This document shows positions 31,431 to 45,399 of a DNA stretch of 64,000 bases, piece after piece. Position 1 is the first letter of the stretch. Each line of letters begins with the position of its first letter. Below the pieces are notes generated by a model. That model was not told the DNA's origin and ran no database searches. It saw nothing but the letters and a program-made list of their open reading frames with translations. This stretch comes from an uncultured Acidimicrobiia bacterium (GTDB lineage Bacteria > Actinomycetota > Acidimicrobiia > IMCC26256 > JAENVU01): assembly GCA_963805415.1 (NCBI GenBank), contig CAWDUD010000001.1, positions 76,912 to 140,911 of the forward strand, given 5' to 3'. Made by a program: the position numbers and the translations under genes.

Positions 31431-32980
31431 CCGCGACAGCCCTTCACATCGGCGGACTTCGTGAAGCTGTCGACCGCCGGTCGGCTGACATCGGTCTTGC
31501 GCTCGAACGTCCGCATCACGCACTTCACCGTCGGCTCGATGCGTTCGACGACAGGCGTCGGCCAGAGCCCGATGAAGAGTGACAGCGCCAGCAGGGGCAG
31601 GACCACCAGGAGCTCCCGCCCGCTCGCATCGGCCATCGTGGCGTTCTCCCCCTCGGGGGCGCCCGTGAACACGCGTTGGAACATCCACAGCATGTAGACG
31701 GCGGCGAGGATCACGCCGGCGGTCGCGACGACGGCCCACCACCGGTGGACGGTGAAGGTCCCGAGCAGGGAGAAGAACTCGCCCACGAAGCCCGAGAACG
31801 CCGGTAACCCGATCCCGGCGAAGGTGGCGATCAGGAAGAGCGCCGTGAGCTTGGGCGCCGACTTCCAGATGCCGCCGAACTGGTCGATCTGGCGGGTGTG
31901 GCGTCGCTCGTAGAGCATCCCGATCACGAGGAAGAGCGAGCCGGTCGTGAGCGGGTGGCTCACCATGGTGAACGCCGCGCCGTCGAGACCGAACACGGTG
32001 ATGGAGAAGATCCCGAGCAGGATGAAGCCCATGTGGGCGACCGACGAATAGGCGATCACGCGCTTGGCGTCGCGTTGCATCGCCGCGACGATGGAGCCGT
32101 AGACGATGCCGATCACCGCCAGGGTGAGGAAGAGCGGGGCGAACGCGACCGAGGCTCGCGGGAACAGCTCGAACCCGAACCGCAGCACCCCGTAGGCGCC
32201 CATCTTCAGGATGACACCGGCCAGCACGACCGAGCCGGCGGTGGGTGCCTCGGTGTGGACGTCGGGCAACCACGTATGGAAGGGCACCAGCGGTGCCTTC
32301 ACCGCGAACGCCACCATGAAGCCGAGGAACAGCCAGCGCTCCGTCGACTCCGACAGGCCGCCCCAGTGCGCGAGCACGCGGTAGTCGAAGGTCAGCACCC
32401 CGGTCGTCGGACTGATGCAGGAACGCGAGCACGAGCAGCGCGGCGAGGAGGAACGCCGAGCCCGCCGCGGTGTAGATGAAGAACTTCATCGCCGCATACC
32501 TGCGGTTCGCGCTCCCCCAGCCCGCGATGAGGAAGTACATCGGGACGAGCATCGCCTCCCAGAACACGAAGAACGCGATGAGGTCCAGGGAGAGGAAGAT
32601 GCCCATGATCGCGGACTCGAGCAGCAGGAACCAGAACGTGTACGCCTTGACGCGGTGGTCGAGCTTGGACGAGCCGAGCAACCCGATCGGGAAGAGCAGG
32701 GCGGTCGCCACGATCATGAACAGGCTGAAGCCGTCGACGCCGACGATGTAGCCGACACCGAGCGAGTCGAACCACCGGTTGTGCTCGGTGAACTGGAAGC
32801 CGCCGAAGTTCGGTCCGGAAGTTCCAGAGGAGCAGCAGCGCGAAGCCGAGCGTGGCCGCGGACGCCAGGTAGCCGACGGCGCGGGCGAGCTCGGGCCGGC
32901 GCGACGGGGTGAGCAGGACCAGGAGCGCGCCGAGCATCGGCGTCGACGATGATCGCGGTGAGGATCGGATAGCCCCTCAC
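31427..32980 (-). CDS. nuoM: Complex I subunit M, operon 1 (several frameshifts)
   Basis: GVDGFSL, FWEAMLVPMY, KAPLVPFHTWLPDVHTEAPT, LPAFSGFVGEF. Confidence 0.93.
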
Positions 32981-35024
32981 GCGATCCCCACCCGCCAGAC
33001 CGCCCAGACGAGCAGCGCGACCATGCCCACGGCGATGCCCGAGCGCGTACTGGCGCACGAGCCCCGTCTGCACCCGGCGCAGTCCCGTGCCCGCGGCGGC
33101 GAACGCCCGGGCGATGCCGTTGACGGCGCCGTCGATCACCTTCTCGTCGAGGACGTCGGCCGTCCACCGGGCCGCCGCGTCGGACGGGACCACCGACGAG
33201 CGCCGCGATCCCCTCGTCGTAGTACCAGGCGTGGCCGAAGAGACGCCCGAGGCCGCCGAGGCGCTCGTCACCGGGATCGACGGCCGGGTCGGCGAGCCCA
33301 CGCCGGTAGATCCGCACCGCGACCGCGAGGCCGGTCGAGGCCGACCACCACCGCGAGCATCGACAGACCGAACGCGCCGAGGAACGACGACGGTTCCGCG
33401 CCCTTGGCGGCGCCGAAGGTCGGCTCGAGCCAGTCCGAGAGGAACTCGAGGCCCTTGAACGGCAGCTCGAGCACCCCGGCGACCGCGGCGAGGCCCGCGA
33501 GGACCACCACCGGCAGCACCATCGTGCCGGTGCCCTCGTGGGGGTCGTGCGTGCAGGTGGGCCGGCACGGGCGGCGTGCCGTAGTCGACCGTTGGCGACG
33601 CGGTGACGTCGTGCTCGGTCGACGCGTGCGCGTGGTCGTGCTCGCCGACCGGGGCGTCGCCCTCGGTCCCGGCGGCGACGGCGACGCGGAAGCGCTCCGG
33701 TCCGCCGAAGACGAGCAGGGTCTCGCGGGTCATGTAGAAGCCGGTGAGGCCGGCGGCGAGCAGCCCGATGATCCAGACGCCGTAGTCGTGGTGGAAGAAC
33801 GCGGCCGCGAGCACACCGTCCTTGGCCCAGAAGCCCGAGAACGGGGGCAGCCCCGCGATCGTGAGCCACGCCACGATGAACGCGCCCGCGGTGAAGGGCA
33901 TGAACCGGCGCAGGCCACCCATGATCCGGATGTCCTGGGTGTCCCCGGTGCCGTGGATCACCGTGCCGGAGCCGAGGAACAGCGTCGCCTTGTAGCACGC
34001 GTGCGCCAGGACGAAGAACACCGCGATCGAGTACGCACCGACGCCGGCGGCGAGGAACATGTAGCCGAGCTGGCTCACGGTGCTGTAGGCGAGCACTCGC
34101 TTGATGTCGGGCTGGACGAGCGCGACCGTCCCGGCGAGGAATGCCGTCAACGCGCCGACGATCGCGACGACGTCCATGGCCGTCCCGCTGCGCTCGAAGA
34201 ACGGATGGGCCCGGCACACGAGGAACACGCCCGCGGTGACCATGGTCGCCGCGTGGATCAGTGCCGAGACCGGGGTCGGGCCCTCCATCGCGTCGGGCAG
34301 CCACACGTGGAGCCCGATCTGCGCGCTCTTGCCGATGCACCCGACGAAGAGCAGCAGCGCGATGGCCGTCGCGGTGGACTTGGTCATGCCCGACGCCTGG
34401 CCCATCGCGGCGTAGTCGAGGCTGCCGAGCGACCCGACGATGAAGAACATCGCGATCATGAAGCCGAAGTCGCCGACGCGGTTGGTGACGAATGCCTTCA
34501 GCGACGCGCTCGAAGCCCGCGGCCGCTCGTACCAGAATCCGATGAGGAGGTACGAGCAGAGCCCGACGCCCTCCCACCCGAGGAACGTGAGCAGGAAGCT
34601 GCTCGCGAGCACCAGCACGAGCATCGCCGTCGCGAAGAGGTTGAAGTAGGCGAAGAAGCGCGAGTACCGCTCGTCGCCGTGCATGTAGCCGATCGCGTAG
34701 AGGTGGATCAGCGAGCCGACCCCGGTGACGAGCAGGATCCACGTGACCGACAGCGGATCGGCCAGGAACCCGAGGTGCACGCGGAGGTTGCCGATCGAGA
34801 GCCACGTGTACACGTCGCTCGTGTGGGACCGCGCGTCGTCCCGGCAGCGAGAGCAGCGCCGCGAGCATCACGACGGACCAGACGAACGCGAGACCCATCA
34901 GCGCGGTCGCGAGCCAACCCGCTCTCGGGTCGCCGATGCGCTTGCCCGCGAGCAGCAGGATCACCGCACCGCTGAGCGGGAGCAGTGGGACGAGCCACAC
35001 GAGGTCCAGGAGGTCACGAGCCAT
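32977..35024 (-). CDS. nuoL: Complex I subunit L, operon 1 (several frameshifts)
   Basis: WEGVGLCSY, GKSAQIGLHVWLPDAMEGPTPVSALIHAATMV, VQTGLVRQY. Confidence 0.94.
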
Positions 35025-35039
35025 GGAAGTTGAGGTCCC

Positions 35040-35360
35040 CTACCCCGAGAGCACGTCGACGTCGTCGGCCGTCGCACCACTGCGGCGGCCCCGGAAGATG
35101 GCCACGATGATCGCGAGTCCCACGGCGACCTCGGCGGCGGCGACGACGAGGACGAAGAACACGATGGCCTGGCCACCGATGTCGTCGAGCGCCCGTGAGA
35201 ACGCCACGAAGGTCAGGTTGACCGCGTTGAGCATCAGCTCCACGCACATGAACATCACGAGCACGTTGCGCCGCACCAGCAGCCCGACGGCACCGATCGC
35301 GAACAGGATCGCGGCGAAGACGAGGTAGTAGGTGGGCGTGGCGTGCGCGGACGCGATCAC
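35040..35360 (-). CDS. nuoK: Complex I subunit K, operon 1
   Basis: [22 protein letters not shown]. Confidence 0.96.
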   Translation of the reverse strand: MIASAHATPTYYLVFAAILFAIGAVGLLVRRNVLVMFMCVELMLNAVNLTFVAFSRALDDIGGQAIVFFVLVVAAAEVAVGLAIIVAIFRGRRSGATADDVDVLSG

Positions 35361-35911
35361 GATCCCTGCTCCTCGAGATCGGTCAACTCCTGATCGGCGC
35401 GCAGGTGCGAGCGCCGCGCCAGGACGACGCCACCGATCACCGCGGCGACGAGCAGCACCGCGGTCAGCTCGAACGGCCAGAGGAACGAGGTGAAGAGGCT
35501 CTCGGCGACCCCGCGCACGTTGCCCATCCGCGGCGCCACGACCCCGCGGGCCGATTGCTGCCCCGTGGCCCAGTGGTCCCAGCCGAGTCCGATGAGCGCG
35601 GCCGCCGAGACGACCCCGATCAGGATGGCGAGGGGCCGCTGGAGGCGCAGCGTCTCGGCCGTGGACTCGCTGCGGTCGACGCCCAGCAGCATGATCACGA
35701 ACAGGAAGAGCACGACGATCGCGCCGGCGTAGACGATCACCTGCACCGCCGCCAGCAACTGGGCGTCCTGCAGGATGAACAGCACCGCGATCGAGATCAG
35801 CACGCTCACGAGGAAGAGCGCCGAGTGCACCGGGTTCTTCGCGAGGACCACGCCCAGCGCGGCGAGCAGCGCCAGGCCGGCGAACACGAAGAAGAGGACG
35901 AGCTCAGGCAT
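35357..35911 (-). CDS. nuoJ: Complex I subunit J, operon 1
   Basis: [36 protein letters not shown]. Confidence 0.96.
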   Translation of the reverse strand: MPELVLFFVFAGLALLAALGVVLAKNPVHSALFLVSVLISIAVLFILQDAQLLAAVQVIVYAGAIVVLFLFVIMLLGVDRSESTAETLRLQRPLAILIGVVSAAALIGLGWDHWATGQQSARGVVAPRMGNVRGVAESLFTSFLWPFELTAVLLVAAVIGGVVLARRSHLRADQELTDLEEQGS

Positions 35912-36542
35912 CGGGCTCGCCTCCTCGGGCTCGGGCTCGGGCTCCGGAGCGCGCGGGGGGCGCTGGCCGTCCTCGGGGAGCCGCTCGCCGAACCCGAGCT
36001 CCCGGCTCCACGCGCACGCGTCCCTCCTGGGTCACGTCACCGCTCGGGGAGGTGGCCCGCATCCAGGCGCTCGTATGGTCGTCCTCGCCGCCCATCCACA
36101 GCTCCCACGGCTGGCGCCGGGCACGCCCGTCGTCACCGACCAGGAGCTCGGACTTGGTGTAGATCGCGTCCGCCCGGTTCGTGAACGAGAACTCGAACAG
36201 CTTGGTCTCGGTGATCGCCTCCGTCGGGCAGGCCTCCACGCACATGTCGCAGTGGATGCACCGGAGGTAGTTGATCTCGTAGACGAAGCCGTACCGCTCG
36301 CCGGGCGAGACCGGGGCGTCCGGCGGATTGTCGGCACCGCGCACGTAGATGCAGGCCGCCGGGCACACGCCCGCGCACAGCTCGCAGCCGATGCACTTCT
36401 CCATGCCGTCCTCGTAGCGGTTGAGGACGTGGCGGCCGTGGAACCGCTCGGGCTTCGGGCGCTTCTCGTCCGGGTACTCGGTGGTCAGGCGCGGCCGGAA
36501 CATCTGCCGGAACGTGACCCCGAACCCTCTCGCGAGCCCCAC
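35904..36542 (-). CDS. nuoI: Complex I subunit I, operon 1 (C-terminal tail probably frameshifted)
   Basis: [30 protein letters not shown]. Confidence 0.95.
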   Translation of the reverse strand: MGLARGFGVTFRQMFRPRLTTEYPDEKRPKPERFHGRHVLNRYEDGMEKCIGCELCAGVCPAACIYVRGADNPPDAPVSPGERYGFVYEINYLRCIHCDMCVEACPTEAITETKLFEFSFTNRADAIYTKSELLVGDDGRARRQPWELWMGGEDDHTSAWMRATSPSGDVTQEGRVRVEPGARVRRAAPRGRPAPPARSGARARARGGEPDA

Positions 36543-37753
36543 TAGACCACCTCGCTGACGGACTCGTCGCGCTTGGGCATGCAGAGACGCAGCAGGCCGA
36601 GCAGCAGGATCGCGCCGCCGAAGGCGGCCGGGACGACGATCCACCGGTCCCACGCCTGGTCGCGCGCCACGACGATCACGGCGGTCACCATCACCGCGAG
36701 GAAGGAGAGCTCGATCAGCCACTTCCACCCGAGGTCCATCAGCTGGTCGTACCGCAGGCGCGGAAGCGACGCCCGCAGCCACACGGTCCCGAAGAGCAGC
36801 GCGAGGACCTTCACGAAGAACCAGAAGACGGGCACGATCCAGGCGTTCACCACGCCCGACGCCGGCAGGAACCCGAGCGCGGGGCCCGACGGTCCGCCGA
36901 GGAACAGCGTCACCGCGATCGCCGACATCGTGATGACGTTCATGAACTCGGCGAGGAAGAAGATCGCGAAGCGAATGCCCGTGTACTCGGTGTGGAAGCC
37001 GCCGACGAGCTCCTGCTCCGCCTCGACGAGGTCGAACGGCGGGTGGTTCGTCTCCGCCACCGCGGCGATCAGGAAGATCACGAACGACACGATCGCGATG
37101 CTCCAGTACCACTCGGTCACGAAGGAGTGCCAGCTCGTCCAGGCCTGCGCGTCGGCGATGCCGCGCGTCGTGAGCGTGCCCGCGTGGATCAGCACCGCGA
37201 CCACCGACAAGCCGAACGCGGCCTCGTACGACAGCAGCTGCGCCGAAGCCCGCACCGCGCCGAGGAGCGGGTACTTGGAGCCGCTCGACCACCCGGCGAG
37301 CATCACGCCGTAGAGCCCGATGCCCGACATCATCAGCAGGAACAGGACGCCGATCGGGGGGTCGGCGAGCTGGAGGTAGGTCTGGTGCCCGGCGATCGAG
37401 ACCTTGCCGCCGATGGGGATGATCGAGAACGCGAGGAACGCCGGCAGCACCGAGAGGTAGGGCGCGAGACGGAACACGAACCGGTCCGCGGAGTCGGGGA
37501 TCGACTGCTCCTTGAAGAAGAGCTTGATGCCGTCGGCGAGCGTCTGGAGGATGCCCCACGGACCGGCGTTGTCGGGGCCGATCCGGTTCTGCATGTCGGC
37601 GATGACCTTGCGCATGAACCAGATGTAGAAGAGCACGAGGACGAGCAGCAGCGCGAAGACCACGATCGTCTTGCCGATCACGATCAGGACGACCTCGAGG
37701 TCGATCGAGCCCTCGAGGAGCGGGTCCGCGCCGAGGAGACCGAGCGCGCTCAA
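36542..37753 (-). CDS. nuoH: Complex I subunit H, operon 1
   Basis: [37 protein letters not shown]. Confidence 0.97.
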   Translation of the reverse strand: MSALGLLGADPLLEGSIDLEVVLIVIGKTIVVFALLLVLVLFYIWFMRKVIADMQNRIGPDNAGPWGILQTLADGIKLFFKEQSIPDSADRFVFRLAPYLSVLPAFLAFSIIPIGGKVSIAGHQTYLQLADPPIGVLFLLMMSGIGLYGVMLAGWSSGSKYPLLGAVRASAQLLSYEAAFGLSVVAVLIHAGTLTTRGIADAQAWTSWHSFVTEWYWSIAIVSFVIFLIAAVAETNHPPFDLVEAEQELVGGFHTEYTGIRFAIFFLAEFMNVITMSAIAVTLFLGGPSGPALGFLPASGVVNAWIVPVFWFFVKVLALLFGTVWLRASLPRLRYDQLMDLGWKWLIELSFLAVMVTAVIVVARDQAWDRWIVVPAAFGGAILLLGLLRLCMPKRDESVSEVV

Positions 37754-40398
37754 CGGATCGACTCCACGCGCAGGTCCGTGACCGCGGCGGCGGCGTCCAC
37801 GAGCACCGCCGCCGGGTGATCGGGGAGGTTCCAGGCCAGCGCGGCCGTGCCCACCGGCACGGACGGGTCGCCCGCCACCGCGATCTCGATCCGGCCCCGC
37901 GCCGAGGTCACGCGCACGGCACCACCGTCGGTCACGCCGACGCGGTCACGGTCGTGCGGGTTGACGCGCAGCACCGCGGGGCGCACGAGCGGGTCGAAGG
38001 CCGGCGTCGCCGCGACCTCGATCCCGCCGTCGTAGAGGACGCGCCCGCTCACGAGGCGCAGAGCGTAGGCGTCACGGCCGGGACGGTCCCCGAGCGGTGC
38101 CGCGCCGGTCCAGGTGTGGAGCGCCGGGACCTCGGGGCCTCCGACCGGCTCGGGCGGACTCGGCCGCGTCCGCGTCCTCGTCGCCCTCCGACGCCGCGTC
38201 GGGCTCGGGGACGACGAGCTCCGCGTTCGTCGCGTCGACCTTGCCCGGCACGATCGGCTCCCACGACGCGTCCGTCAACGGGATGGAGAGCGGTCCCAGG
38301 ACCAGCTCGTCCCGGTGGTCGGCGAGGGGCAGCACGACACCGTCGCGTGCCCGGTGCACGAGCGCGGCGTCGACGCCTGCGAACGCCGGTGCGACGCGGG
38401 CGATCTCGTCCTGCACCTCGGCGGCGGTCGCGAGGTCGAAGTCCTCGCGCAGGCGCAGGGCCAGCTCGGCGGCGATCCGCCAGTCCGGCATGGCCGTGCC
38501 CTCGGGCGAGACGCGGCGGCCCACGCGCTGCACCCGGCCCTCGACGTTGCTGACGGTGCCGTCCTGCTCACCCCATGCGGTGACGGGCAGGAACACGTCG
38601 GCGCCACGCGTGCTGTCGGTGAGGAACATGTCCACGGCGATCGTGAATCGGGCGCCGGCGAGCCCACGCACCGCGAGCTCGCGGTCGGGGCAGTCGTCGT
38701 GCGGGTCCGTCCCGAGGAGCACGAGGGTGTCGATTCCCCCGGCGGCCGCCGACGCCAGGATGCCGGCGGCGTCGAGTCCGACCTCGCTCGGGACGGCGCC
38801 CCAGGCGTCTTCGAACCACTCGCGCCCGGCCTCGAGGCCGACCCGCCCCGGGAGGAAGCCCGGTGCGAGGCCGAGGTCGAGCGCACCACGGACGTTGCTG
38901 CGCCGCAGGGCGGTCAGGAACCGCGTGCCCGGCCGGTCCCGCAGGTGGGCCAGGGCGGCGACGGTGTCGACGGCGGACGCGGCGAGGTTGCCGCGGCCCG
39001 CGACGACCACGAGATCGCCCGAGCCGGCCGTGATCGCCGCGGCGGCGGCATCGATCGCGGCATCGCCGGACGGGTTCCCTCCGAGCGCACCGACCAGGGC
39101 CGCGACCGCGGTCGCCAGCTCCCCGGGCGCCGGGCGGACGGACGCGGCGGCGTAGGGCGCGAGTCCCGTCGCCGTGGGGTTGATCTCCACGAGCGGCACG
39201 CCGAGGTCCGCGGCGGCGCGGCGCGCCCGCAGGTACAGGACGGGCAGCTCCTCCTTGAGGTCCACGCCGAGCACGACGATCGCGCCGGCGTGGTCGAGAT
39301 CCGCGATCGTCGCGCCCGGCAGCCCGAGCGTGACCTCGGCCGGCAGGCCGTCACCGGGCTGCGCGTCGACGTTGTCGGTGCGCAGCACGCCCTTGGCGAA
39401 CCGGGCCCAGACGTAGGCGTCCTCGTTCGTGCCGCGGGCACCGCCGAGCACCCCGATGGCGGACGCACCGCGCCCGGCCAGGGTGTCGCGCAGCGCGTCG
39501 GCGGCGGCGTCGAGCGCCTCCGGCCAGGAACAGGGCACGAGCTCGTCCCCGCGGCGGATCATCGGGTGCAGCACCCGGCTGTCGTCGTGGACCGCCTCGT
39601 AGCCGTAGCGGCCCTTGTCGCAGAGCCAGCCCTGGTTGACCGGCTCGCTGTCGACGCCCAGCAGGCGGACCAGGCGGTTGGAGCTGGACTCCAGCGCGCC
39701 GCGGCAGTGCAGCGCGCACGTGGTGCAGCTGGTCTCGGTGGCCGCGAGGTCCCACGGCCGGGCGCGGAACCGGTAGGGCTTCGCGGTCAGGGCGCCCACG
39801 GGGCAGATCTGGACCGTGTTGCCGGAGAAGTACGACGCGAACGGCTCGTCGGGGAACGTCGCGATCTCGGTGTGCCCGCCGCGGTCGTAGAAGCTGATGA
39901 GCGGGTCGCCGGCGATCTCGTCCGCGAAGCGGGTGCACCGCGCGCACTGGATGCAGCGCTCGCGGTCGAGCAGGACGAGATCCGAGAGCGGGATCGGCTT
40001 CTCCCAGTGCCGCTTCTCCTCGGTGAAGCGCGACTCACCCGGTCCGAACGCGAGCGTGGTGTCCTGCAACGGGCACTCCCCGCCGCGGTCGCACACCGGG
40101 CAGTCGAGCGGATGGTTCACGAGCAGCAGCTCGAGCACGCCGTCCTGGGCCTGCTTGACCGCGTCCGAGACGGTGTTGACGACCATTCCTTCGGCGACGG
40201 GGAGGGTGCACGCGGGTGGGAGCCCGCGTATCCCCTCCACCTCGACGAGGCACATGCGGCACATGCCGACCGGCTTCATCCGCTCGTGCCAGCAGAAGCG
40301 CGGGATGTACGTGCCGTGCTCCTGGGCGGCCTTGATGAGCAGCTCGCCCTTGGGCACGTCGACGGTCTTCCCGTCGATCGTGATCGACACCTGGTCGG

Positions 40399-40402
<4 letters not shown>
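37750..40402 (-). CDS. nuoG: Complex I subunit G (frameshift(s) near 38050-38160)
   Basis: PRFC..CRMCLVE..C (N1b), [14 protein letters not shown] (N5), CIQCARC..CP (N4), CTTCALHC (N7). Confidence 0.96.
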
Positions 40403-41739
<1,337 letters not shown>

Positions 41740-41743
<4 letters not shown>

Positions 41744-42219
41744 GACGCACCTCCCGAGACGCCGCGTGCGACGAGCTTCCCCGACTTGTAGTCGTCCACC
41801 ACGGCCGCGGCCAGCTCCGGGTTCATGTGCTCGTGGAACTCGTAGTTCACCTGCATCGACGGCGCGTTCCCGCACGCGGCGAGGCACTCCACCTCCTCGA
41901 CGAGGACGTCGTCGTCGTCCGCGTAGCGGTCCTCGAGGTGCTCGAGGATCTCCGGCCCTCCGACGACGAGGCACGTGACGTTGGTGCACACGCTCACGAC
42001 GTACTTCCCGCAGGGCGTGCGCTTGAACATGGTGTAGAAGCTGCAGACACCCTGCACGTCGGCCGCGGTGGTGGCGCACAGCTGCGCGATCTCACGCATG
42101 GCCTCGACGCTCAGGTATCCCTCTTGATCCTGGGCGAGGTGCGCGAGCGGCAGGATCGCCGAGTGCGGGTCCGGGTACCGGGCCACGATCTCGGCGGCCT
42201 TCGCCGCGTCCAGGCTCAT
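41740..42219 (-). CDS. nuoE: Complex I subunit E
   Basis: SFYTMF, CTNVTC, ECLAAC; ATG overlaps nuoD stop. Confidence 0.95.
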
Positions 42220-43604
42220 CGGTCCACCTCGCCCATGATGGGATCGACGCTCGAGATGATCGCGACGCCGTCGGCGATCATGCGGTCCTTGATCATCGGG
42301 TGCATCGACTGCAGGTTGTAGAAGGACGGGCCCCGGACGTGGAGGCGGACGGGCTTGCCGGTGCCGTCGCTGACCAGGTAGCAGCCGACCTCGCCGCGCG
42401 GGGACTCCACCGCGACGTAGGTCTCCCCGGCCGGCACGCGGAAGCCCTCGGTGAAGAGCTTGAAGTGGTGGATCAACGCCTCCATCGACTCGTCGATGCG
42501 CGCCCGCGGCGGTGGCGTCACCTTCTTGTCCTGGAGCCGGTAGTCGCCGCCGGGCATGCGGTCCACGCACTGGCGCACGATCTTGACGGACTCCGCGATC
42601 TCGTAGAGGCGGATCCGGTACCGGTCGAAGCAGTCGCCGTTCTCGGTGTAGATGACGTCGAAGTCCACCTGGTCGTACGCGAGGGTCGGCTGCGCCTTGC
42701 GCAGATCCCACGCGAACCCGGTGGAACGCAGGATCGGACCGGACGCGCCCAGCGCGAGCGCCTCCTCGGTCGTGATGACCCCGACGCCGACCATCCGCTC
42801 GAGCCAGATCGGATTGCCCGTGAGCAGTTCGTCGTACTCGCCGATCCCCCGCTCGACGAGATCGCACAGCTCGAGGCAGGCGAGCTGCCAACCATCGGGA
42901 AGGTCGGCCGCGATCCCTCCCGGTCGGACGAAGTTGTGGTTCATCCGCAGCCCGGTGATGAGCTCGAGGACGCGCAGCGTCTCCTCGCGCTCACGCCATC
43001 CGTAGAGCATCATCGACACGGCGCCGAGGTCCATGCCGTTCGTCGCCTGGAACAGCAGGTGCGACGCCATGCGGCTGAGCTCGGCGAGCAGCATCCGCGC
43101 CCACACGGCGCGCTCGGGCACCTCGATGTCGAGCAGACGTTCGACCGCCATCGAGAAGACCAGCTCGTTGGCGATCGGCGACGCGTAGTCCATACGCGTC
43201 ACGTTGGTGGAGCCCTGGACGTAGGTGAGCTGCTCGCCCGTCTTCTCCATACCGGTGTGCAGGTACCCGATGACGGGCTTGGCCCGCACGACGGTCTCGC
43301 CGTCGAGCTCGAGCATGATGCGCAGCACACCGTGGGTGGACGGGTGCTGGGGCCCCATGTTGATGACCATCGTCTGGGACTCGCCCTCGAGCTCGGGCCA
43401 GGGACCGCCGGTCACGACGATCTCGGACTCCTGGACGAGCTTCTGCGCGCCCTCGTCGGTCTGACGCTCGAGCCGCTCGTGCTCGCGCTCGGTCATCTCC
43501 TCGGTGACCGGCTCGTGGTCGTCGACGTCGTCGTCGAGATACTCGTCGGTCTCGACGTCGACCGCCTCCAGGTCCTGTTCGACGTCGCTCGTGTCCGGGC
43601 TCAT
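42216..43604 (-). CDS. nuoD: Complex I subunit D, operon 1
   Basis: GPQHPSTHGVLR, GYLHTGMEK, RMDY, ESPRGE, GEVDR. Confidence 0.98.
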   Translation of the reverse strand: MSPDTSDVEQDLEAVDVETDEYLDDDVDDHEPVTEEMTEREHERLERQTDEGAQKLVQESEIVVTGGPWPELEGESQTMVINMGPQHPSTHGVLRIMLELDGETVVRAKPVIGYLHTGMEKTGEQLTYVQGSTNVTRMDYASPIANELVFSMAVERLLDIEVPERAVWARMLLAELSRMASHLLFQATNGMDLGAVSMMLYGWREREETLRVLELITGLRMNHNFVRPGGIAADLPDGWQLACLELCDLVERGIGEYDELLTGNPIWLERMVGVGVITTEEALALGASGPILRSTGFAWDLRKAQPTLAYDQVDFDVIYTENGDCFDRYRIRLYEIAESVKIVRQCVDRMPGGDYRLQDKKVTPPPRARIDESMEALIHHFKLFTEGFRVPAGETYVAVESPRGEVGCYLVSDGTGKPVRLHVRGPSFYNLQSMHPMIKDRMIADGVAIISSVDPIMGEVDR

Positions 43605-43691
43605 CCTCGGTCCTCCTGCTCCTGCGGAGCGGGCCGGACGGGCCCCACGACGTTGCCGCGCGGCCGGGGCACGGTGTGCGTCCCACGTCGC

Positions 43692-44264
43692 TCATCGCGG
43701 GCCGGGGTCGCCTTTGAACGTGACGGGCACGCGTGCCGGTGCGTCGTCCTTGCGCAGCGGGTGGCCCACCCAGTCGTCGGGCATCAGGATGCGCGTGAGG
43801 TCGGGGTGGCCGGGGAACTCGATGCCGAAGAGGTCATAGACCTCGCGCTCGGCGAAGTTGAGCCCGGGGTAGATCGGCGTGAGACTCGCGATCGTCGGGT
43901 CGCCGACCGGCACCTGCGCGACGAGCCGGATGCGGCGATTGCGCGGGTGGGAGAGGAAGTTCGCGACGACCTCGAACCGCTCGGGCGTGACGCCGGCCAC
44001 GAGGACACGGTCCGCGTCGACGAGGTGGTCGACCGCGGTCACGTCGAGACAGGTCGTGAACTGCTCGTCGTCGCGCAGCGCGAGCGCGGCTCCGGACCAG
44101 TGCTCGCGGTCGAGATACACGACGGCCTGGCCGTGCGAGTCGCGGAACACCGCGCCCTCGAAGCGCTCGCACAGCGCCGCGGCCACCTCGTCCCAGGGCG
44201 CGACCGGCTTGTGCTCTTCTTCACGAGCGTCGTCGGCAGGAGGCGCATCGGGCGTCTCGGGCAT
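43692..44264 (-). CDS. nuoC: Complex I subunit C, operon 1
   Basis: EREVYDLFGI.F.GHPDL.RI, GHPLRKD. Confidence 0.97.
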   Translation of the reverse strand: MPETPDAPPADDAREEEHKPVAPWDEVAAALCERFEGAVFRDSHGQAVVYLDREHWSGAALALRDDEQFTTCLDVTAVDHLVDADRVLVAGVTPERFEVVANFLSHPRNRRIRLVAQVPVGDPTIASLTPIYPGLNFAEREVYDLFGIEFPGHPDLTRILMPDDWVGHPLRKDDAPARVPVTFKGDPGPR

Positions 44265-44266
44265 GG

Positions 44267-44833
44267 TCAGGTGCCCGCCGGCTCGGGGACGGGAAGATCC
44301 ACCGGGACGCCGTCGCGCTGGGGGATCTCGATCCCCGCGCCAGCCGACGGCGACTCGTCACGCCGCTTGAGCAGCTCGCCCGTGCGGATGAGCTCGTGCA
44401 ACGTGACGATGCCGTGGAGGAGCGTCTCGGGTCCCGGAGGGCAACCGGGCACGTACACGTCGACCGGCACGATCTGGTCGACGCCCTGCACGATCGCGTA
44501 GTTGTTGAACATGCCGCCGCTGCTCGCGCACACGCCCATGGAGATCACCCACTTGGGCTCGACCATCTGGTCGTAGACCTGGCGCAGCACCGGGGCCATC
44601 TTCTGGCTCACGCGACCCGCGACGATCATGAGGTCCGCCTGACGCGGGCTCGCGCGGAACGTCTCCATGCCGAAGCGGGCGAGGTCGTAGTGCGCCGCGC
44701 CGGTGGCCATCATCTCGATCGCGCAGCACGCGAGCCCGAACGTCGCGGGCATCACCGAGTTCCGGCGCGCCCAGCGGACGACGTCCTCGAGCCGCGCGGT
44801 GAGGAAGTTGTACGGGACCGCGTCGAGGCCCAC
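44267..44833 (-). CDS. nuoB: Complex I subunit B, operon 1
   Basis: [29 protein letters not shown]. Confidence 0.97.
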   Translation of the reverse strand: MGLDAVPYNFLTARLEDVVRWARRNSVMPATFGLACCAIEMMATGAAHYDLARFGMETFRASPRQADLMIVAGRVSQKMAPVLRQVYDQMVEPKWVISMGVCASSGGMFNNYAIVQGVDQIVPVDVYVPGCPPGPETLLHGIVTLHELIRTGELLKRRDESPSAGAGIEIPQRDGVPVDLPVPEPAGT

Positions 44834-44835
44834 GG

Positions 44836-45303
44836 CTAGGCCGCCTCGGATGCTTCGTCGGCCGGCGCCACGGGGGCCTCGGCGACGCCCTCGGGCCGAC
44901 CCGCGGCCCGGAGCACGGGTCGGACGATGCGGCTCGCGACCTGGCGGACCGGTCCCCAGTCGAGCGCGCCGACGCTCAACAGGTAGGCGAACGGGACGAT
45001 GAGCACGAGCAGGAAGACGCCCATGATCGCGATGCCGTAGCCGCCGAGACCGCGGAACACGGTGGCGAAGGGATAGAGGAAGATGATCTCGACGTCGAGG
45101 ACGATGAACGTCATCGCGACCAGGTAGAACTTCACCGGGAACCGCTCGGCGGGCTCGCGCTCGGGCACGATGCCGCACTCGTAGGGCATCGTCTTGGCGC
45201 GGGTGGGCCGCTTCACACCGAGCAGGATCGACGCGACGAAGGATCCCAGCACGAAGAGGACGACGAGGATCACCATGGTCAGGATCGGCAGGTACTGCGC
45301 CAT
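44836..45303 (-). CDS. nuoA: Complex I subunit A, operon 1
   Basis: [30 protein letters not shown]. Confidence 0.96.
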   Translation of the reverse strand: MAQYLPILTMVILVVLFVLGSFVASILLGVKRPTRAKTMPYECGIVPEREPAERFPVKFYLVAMTFIVLDVEIIFLYPFATVFRGLGGYGIAIMGVFLLVLIVPFAYLLSVGALDWGPVRQVASRIVRPVLRAAGRPEGVAEAPVAPADEASEAA

Positions 45304-45399
45304 GTTCACTCCCCCTTCCGTGTGTCCCGTGAACCGCGCGCCGAGGCTATCTGACCGAAGTCCTCCGGCGGCAAAGTGAGGCGCCGTTAGCCTCGCCGC

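Noticed and set aside
30672..35024. 1450-aa ORF as a giant NuoL-NuoM fusion
   Set aside because: It is a patchwork of frames caused by frameshifts; most of it is Arg/Gly/Pro-rich off-frame translation.
45327..45345. Rex operator upstream of nuoA of operon 1
   Set aside because: Only a CGTGAA half-site; there is no matching TTCAC arm.
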